Origin: Candidatus Latescibacterota bacterium
Lineage (GTDB): Bacteria > Latescibacterota > UBA2968 > GCA-2709665
Direction: 5' to 3'
Length of the DNA stretch: 64,000 nt
Assembly: GCA_965248435.1 (NCBI GenBank)
Contig: OZ252100.1
Span: forward strand, 2,016,001 to 2,080,000
The notes beneath the pieces were generated by a model, which saw nothing but the letters and a program-made list of their open reading frames with translations, ran no database searches and was not told where the DNA came from. Made by a program: the position numbers and the translations under genes. Below are positions 59,512-64,000 of the stretch, one piece after another (positions within the stretch are counted from its first letter, which is position 1; each line of letters starts with the position of its first letter).

Positions 59512-59598
59512 GCATAACGGTCTCGACACCCACGAACACGCTGCAGGCAGGTTGAGCGCCAGGCCGAATGGCCGGAGCCGTGCGTGCACGTGTTAGGC
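59512..59598 (-). repeat. attC-like site
   Basis: gcataacggtctcgacacccacg...gtgcacgtgttaggc. Confidence 0.85.
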
Positions 59599-59622
59599 GT
59601 AGCCGTGGCGGCCACTTATTGC

Positions 59623-60354
59623 TTAGGCCAAATGGTCCTCAGCCTCTGTGACAATGGTGCCTGGCTCGAAACCCCGACAAATGTCAAGCATTGCCCCTTC
59701 CGCATCGAAGTCGAATACGTGGATCGGCAAACCACACTTTTGAGCCTTGACTATCGCTGGGAGGTCCATGACTTCCAACTCCTGCGAAATCGCAGTGTGA
59801 TATGACAGAGTCTGGTATCGTCTCGCCTCCACGTCAGTCTTCGGATCCGAAGTGTACACCCCATCGACGCCGCATTTAGCTGCCAACACCGCCTCAGCAT
59901 GGAGCTCCCGGGCTCGTAGGACCGACGGAAGATCTGTGGTGACATACGGATTCGCCGTTCCTCCCGCTAAAAGCAAGATGGCACCTTGTTCAAGGTATTT
60001 GACTGCGTTGTGTTTCAAAAAGGGCTCTGCAACGCTGTCTGCGCCAATAGATGACATGACTTTGACAGTAGTAGTAGTTTTGCTCTCGATTACTCCCTTG
60101 AGAAGGAGAGAGTTCATCAGAGTCGCCATCATACCGATGTTGTCCGCGTCGGGTCGCTCGATACCCCAGCGTTCCCCGAGTTCTCCGCGAAAGATGTTAC
60201 CTCCGCCAACCATCGCGGCAACTTCTATCCCTATGTCGCTCAGTCTAAGTAACTCATCGGCGATATGCTCGAGACAGGAAGGGTCGAAGCCCGCCTCTTT
60301 CGATCCAGCGATTGCTCCGCCACTTAGCTTTAGCATGACTCGTTTATATCGCAT
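59623..60354 (-). CDS. Uridylate kinase (PyrH-like) paralog within the array
   Basis: YKRVMLKLSG, VGGGNIFRG, ADNIGMMAT, VDGVYTSDP, VMD. Confidence 0.88.
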   Translation of the reverse strand: MRYKRVMLKLSGGAIAGSKEAGFDPSCLEHIADELLRLSDIGIEVAAMVGGGNIFRGELGERWGIERPDADNIGMMATLMNSLLLKGVIESKTTTTVKVMSSIGADSVAEPFLKHNAVKYLEQGAILLLAGGTANPYVTTDLPSVLRARELHAEAVLAAKCGVDGVYTSDPKTDVEARRYQTLSYHTAISQELEVMDLPAIVKAQKCGLPIHVFDFDAEGAMLDICRGFEPGTIVTEAEDHLA

Positions 60355-60415
60355 CTTGGTAGCCTCGTGATTCTGAGTTGCTTTAGATGTCGCCCCTCAA
60401 ATTTGCGTTAGCCTA

Positions 60416-60958
60416 TTAACCAGATTCCCAATCGGCACGAGATAGCAGAAAAACAGACCTCTCAGGCCATTGGTAACCACCCCTGCCTAGTCCTGGCGGT
60501 ATCCGCTCCACTTTCCTGAACGCCAACCTGCTCAAAACCTGTATAGAGCGCTGGTTTGCGGTAACGGTTCTGGCTTCGAGTTCGTCAAGATTTAGAGCCT
60601 CAAACCCGAATTGAACCATGGCCGCTACAGCTTCGGTTGCAAGGCCCTGCCTCCAGTGTTGGGGGGATAATTCATATCCGATGTCTCCTCGTGCAACCTC
60701 AATGGATTCGCACCTTATCCCGCAATTTCCCAAGAGTACACCGTCGTCCTTCAGGGTAATTGCCAACTGATACTTGCAACGTGGTTTCTCCGAAGCCCAC
60801 CGCATGCACTTTGCGACAAACTCCTCGCATTCCGACCTCGAATACGCAGAACGAGGATAATGTTCCAAGTACTTCGGATCTGTTCTATACGAGGCAACGA
60901 CATTAACATCTGCCGTAGTCATCTCTCTTAAAAGCAGTCGTTCAGTTAGTAATTCCAT
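60416..60958 (-). CDS. RimJ/RimL-type GNAT
   Basis: TERLLLRE, IGY, WRQGLATEA, NQRSIQV. Confidence 0.9.
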   Translation of the reverse strand: MELLTERLLLREMTTADVNVVASYRTDPKYLEHYPRSAYSRSECEEFVAKCMRWASEKPRCKYQLAITLKDDGVLLGNCGIRCESIEVARGDIGYELSPQHWRQGLATEAVAAMVQFGFEALNLDELEARTVTANQRSIQVLSRLAFRKVERIPPGLGRGGYQWPERSVFLLSRADWESG

Positions 60959-61020
60959 GCTCCCTGCAGTCCATTATGAACTGCAATATTCATGACTCGG
61001 ATTCGGAAATACCCTGTCGC

Positions 61021-61121
61021 GTATAACGTTCTCGGCCGGTTTTCTTAAGCAAGCGTCGTGACAGCGATAGGCAGGTTGGGCGAGGGACGGATGCCCCAAG
61101 CCGCAGCCCGTCGTGTTAGGC
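61021..61121 (-). repeat. attC-like site, long form with internal deletion
   Basis: gtataacgttctcgg...aagcaagcgtcgtgacagcgataggcaggtt...cgcagcccgtcgtgttagg. Confidence 0.85.
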
Positions 61122-61152
61122 GTTGCCCTCCCCGGCCACATTGCCAAGAGGA

Positions 61153-61935
61153 TCAGAACATCACATCCAGAAGAAGGAAATACTCAATCTTGTCCCAATC
61201 CGGTTTCTCTCCAAGACGCTCCAGAAGCAGAGCTACGTGCTGCTCTCCGAGGTCCTCTCTGACGCTCCTTATGCACATGGCAATGTCAAACCATTTGTCT
61301 CCGACACCTCCGCGTCCCCAGTCGATGATCCCAGAAATGCGCTGACCATCGAGGAAGAAGTTCCCGTCACTCATGTCACCATGAGAGAGCGTGGGCTCCT
61401 GATCTGGAATATTGTCCTTTAGATGCTTGACCAGCGCTGAGGGCGATGGGAAACCTGTATTCTCAGAGTAAAAGTCCTCTTCGGCGGCCAGTCCACTTTC
61501 CAGGAGGTACTCCAGTTCAGTCAGTCTTCTTTCAACGGGAATGGCAAATGGGCATTCGACATGATCAATTGATTGAATGAGCCTCAAAGCTTCCAGGTAG
61601 GTGTCTATTACTTCTGGAGGACCATGGTCCTTCCTTTCGTACAGCGATACGCCATCCACTTCCGATATGAGCAGATACTCACGATCGGCATCAGAAGCAA
61701 AATGCATAACCCGGGGAACGGCAAGCTTACCATCGAGCCATCGTAGGACACACTTCTCTCGTCCGACTCCGTATGTTGTGTTCGCATACCGCTTGTCGCT
61801 GACCTTCAAGAACATGACATCCTTGTCTCTGGAGAGGCTGTACACATCGCAGGGTGACATACTACCCGCTTGAGATGAAAGCGAATAGTCAGAAACGATC
61901 GACTGGAGACTGTCAGGTAGTGAGTGTAGTTCCAT
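61153..61935 (-). CDS. Aminoglycoside 3'-phosphotransferase-like protein (cassette)
   Basis: GSMSPCDVY, FLK, WLDGKLAVP, SHGDMSDGN, IDWGRGGVGDKWFDIA, KIEYFLLLD. Confidence 0.85.
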   Translation of the reverse strand: MELHSLPDSLQSIVSDYSLSSQAGSMSPCDVYSLSRDKDVMFLKVSDKRYANTTYGVGREKCVLRWLDGKLAVPRVMHFASDADREYLLISEVDGVSLYERKDHGPPEVIDTYLEALRLIQSIDHVECPFAIPVERRLTELEYLLESGLAAEEDFYSENTGFPSPSALVKHLKDNIPDQEPTLSHGDMSDGNFFLDGQRISGIIDWGRGGVGDKWFDIAMCIRSVREDLGEQHVALLLERLGEKPDWDKIEYFLLLDVMF

Positions 61936-61951
61936 TCCTCAAATGGTTTCC

Positions 61952-62036
61952 GCCTAACATTCTCGCCGGCTGCGAACTGCCGCAGGCAATTGGGCGAAGG
62001 CGCGTATGCGCCGCAGCGCAAGTGGACGTGTTACAC
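61952..62036 (-). repeat. attC-like site (chimeric arms)
   Basis: cctaacattctcgccggctgcg...cgcaagtggacgtgttacac. Confidence 0.85.
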
Positions 62037-62114
62037 GCTGGCGGCGCGGGCTTCGTCATGGCGAAGCCCCCCACAGGCCGGGAGTACAGTGCACGCCACA
62101 AACAGGGGTGGCAG

Positions 62115-62794
62115 TTACACACTCGGGTTCACGACCTGGCAGGAGCACCCAGGAGCAACGTACTCGCTGGCCCCCTCGCCAAATCGGACGACACCATCAT
62201 AGCCAAGAGCGATGATCTCCGTACCGGCAACCACGATCGCGGACCGTTCTGAGATGGCAAGTACAGGGTGCGAATGGTCCCCGACCAGCCGTGATATCAT
62301 TGGGTCGTCTGAAGTCTTGTAGTGACACCATATCGTGAAGCCGTGGACGACCCCGAGACCAGTCGTGTCCGTCAGCCCTACGTCATTGGGATCCGCATGT
62401 TCGCAACTTCTGATGTCGCACCCCATTATGATCGCGCCGGCACTTCCGCCGAAGACTGGTCCGCCCGCTTCGATGAAGCGTCGCAGAGCGGGCTCCATCT
62501 TCTTCGAGCGCAAGTGGCAAGCATTGAGAAGGTGTTGCCCCCTCCGATATACACTCCGCCAAACTCCCCAAGACGATCCGGATTGTAGTCTCCAGGGCCC
62601 GCCCACATCTGGATGGAGGTGACCCCGAAGGGGGACATTGTCGCACAGATCCATCTGTAGGAATCCTCTGCCGGAAAGGCATCACCGGGCATATATAGCA
62701 GAGGTTTCCTGCCTGCGATCCAGGCCGCAAAGAGTTCGTGGTGAAGACGGGTTTCGTTCTCGTCTCCGCCTCCAGATAGCACGAGTCTCATCAT
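62115..62794 (-). pseudogene. Peptidase E (S51)-like cassette, frameshifted near 62520
   Basis: LSGGG...IGGGNTF in one frame; GGSAGA...CHY in another. Confidence 0.8.
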
Positions 62795-62895
62795 TGGGTC
62801 GATCCCTTGTCTGTCGTCCAATGGAGGGGTTTGGCTTCCTGCTCTTGTGCACGTCTTTCCGGGGTGGGGTGGCTGGGCAGTCCTGTGCCGCTTGC

Positions 62896-62990
62896 GTGTA
62901 ACGTTCTCGGCACCCACGAACTTGCCAAGCGGTGTTGGGCGAATGCCCGTTAGGGCTGAGCCACGCAGCGTGAATTGCCGTGACGTATGA
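62896..62990 (-). repeat. attC-like site, right end degenerate
   Basis: gtgtaacgttctcggcacccacgaac... Confidence 0.7.
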
Positions 62991-63005
62991 AGTGGGATAC
63001 TTTTC

Positions 63006-63587
63006 TCATTTGCACGCAGCCATTCTTTGGAATGCGGTAGGGCGGCGGCGCGACTTCCAAGCATCAATTAACGTATCTACGTTGTCTTGGTTTGGTTGCA
63101 TCGAATCAACTTCCAGATCGTACTCAGTGAAACGGTGAACTTGCTGATAGTCTGTTCGAGCCTCCCCAACTCGCCGGTTTCCCCTTTCGTGCTCCCTTCG
63201 CTCTAGCTCACGAAGCGGACAGTGCACGCCGACAAAGAATACGTCAAGATCAGCGAGAAGTTTCAGCAGATCCGACATCCAGCTCTCATTCTCTATAATG
63301 TGATCGACGATGAGATTGTTGCCCGCCTCAGCCAACGCCGGCAGACACCTATGAAACCCATCGAAAACGGCGGGCCGCATGGCTGACCAATCAATATCGC
63401 CACTGCGGATACGCGCCATCGGCAGGGCGTTGGAATCTCGCAGGTGGTCAAACGAAAAGTGCCAGAATGGTTCTGGTAACGTCTGCTGTAACTCGCGTGC
63501 AAGCGTCGACTTTCCCGCGCTCGACGCCCCATTAAGGAGAATGATCTTTCCTGGCTCGCGATTGTTATCCATGGGTCTCCGGCCCAA
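63006..63587 (-). CDS. Chloramphenicol-phosphotransferase-like (CPT) protein
   Basis: NGASSAGKS, GVHCPLRELERRE, YDLEVDS. Confidence 0.88.
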   Translation of the reverse strand: MGRRPMDNNREPGKIILLNGASSAGKSTLARELQQTLPEPFWHFSFDHLRDSNALPMARIRSGDIDWSAMRPAVFDGFHRCLPALAEAGNNLIVDHIIENESWMSDLLKLLADLDVFFVGVHCPLRELERREHERGNRRVGEARTDYQQVHRFTEYDLEVDSMQPNQDNVDTLIDAWKSRRRPTAFQRMAACK

Positions 63588-63588
63588 T

Positions 63589-64000
63589 CTACTTGCGAAT
63601 CAGACTTACGAGAGTATCAGGAGCGTCAGCAATCGCTTGCGCAAAGGATAACTCCTCAATCGATCCATAGCCCCAGGAAACACCGATGGCGTAAATGCCC
63701 AAAGCGCGAGCCGCCTCGATGTCGTGGTTACGGTCACCGACCATGGTTGCATCGGACGACGGAATGCCTTCGGCCTGAAGCCCAAATAGCAGTATTTCCT
63801 CCTTCGTCGCAATGCCCCGCTCAAACTGTGCTCCGAACACACCGCGAAAGAACGAATCGAGTCCGAACTGGTGGACGACTCTTTCTGCAACGTCCTGACC
63901 CTTTAGGGTCGCCACATATAAATCACAGCCTTCTTGTCTGAGAGCTTCGAGCGCCTCAAGAATGCCCGGAAACACAGAGTTCTCACGGATTCCAACTCGG
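63589..64000 (-). CDS. HAD-family phosphatase, 5' end outside window
   Basis: FPGI, VAT.K, MVGDRNHDI, GVSWGYG. Confidence 0.88.
   Translation of the reverse strand, partial: RVGIRENSVFPGILEALEALRQEGCDLYVATLKGQDVAERVVHQFGLDSFFRGVFGAQFERGIATKEEILLFGLQAEGIPSSDATMVGDRNHDIEAARALGIYAIGVSWGYGSIEELSFAQAIADAPDTLVSLIRK

Larger units (their letters stand above)
39445..62990 (-). mobile_element. Integron-like gene-cassette array (no canonical intI in window; may continue past 64000)
   Basis: About 20 AAC...GTT-bounded hairpins separating co-oriented minus-strand genes; cassette ends are mutually complementary. Confidence 0.9.

Noticed and set aside
1-64000. tRNA, rRNA, reverse transcriptase or cas genes
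   Set aside because: None recognised by eye; a tRNAscan/Infernal run would be needed to exclude small RNAs.

Overview
Bacterial chromosomal window in two parts. 1-~26 kb is mostly core genome: hemB (partial), a FolC/ATP-grasp fusion, rpmB, rimO-folA-thyA, HEAT-repeat proteins, a selenocysteine NAD-linked formate dehydrogenase operon (nuoEF-like, fdhF, fdhD, FmdB), an Nramp-like transporter, a DUF1016-thermonuclease gene next to a 55-bp repeat array, HU/IHF, ECF sigma/anti-sigma modules and an apparently attenuated RIO1 kinase. ~27-64 kb is a long run of minus-strand accessory genes. From ~39.4 kb to the end it is an integron-like cassette array with about 20 attC-like hairpins, most from one sequence family. 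The hairpin geometry is non-canonical and most intact cassettes carry their own 15-22 bp terminal inverted repeats. No canonical intI lies in the window. The array holds a tyrosine recombinase + IS91-like HUH transposase module built like a cassette, an IS110 whose bridge RNA guides can be read and match the cassette junction it occupies, and an IS30. All calls come from manual motif reading; no database searches were run.
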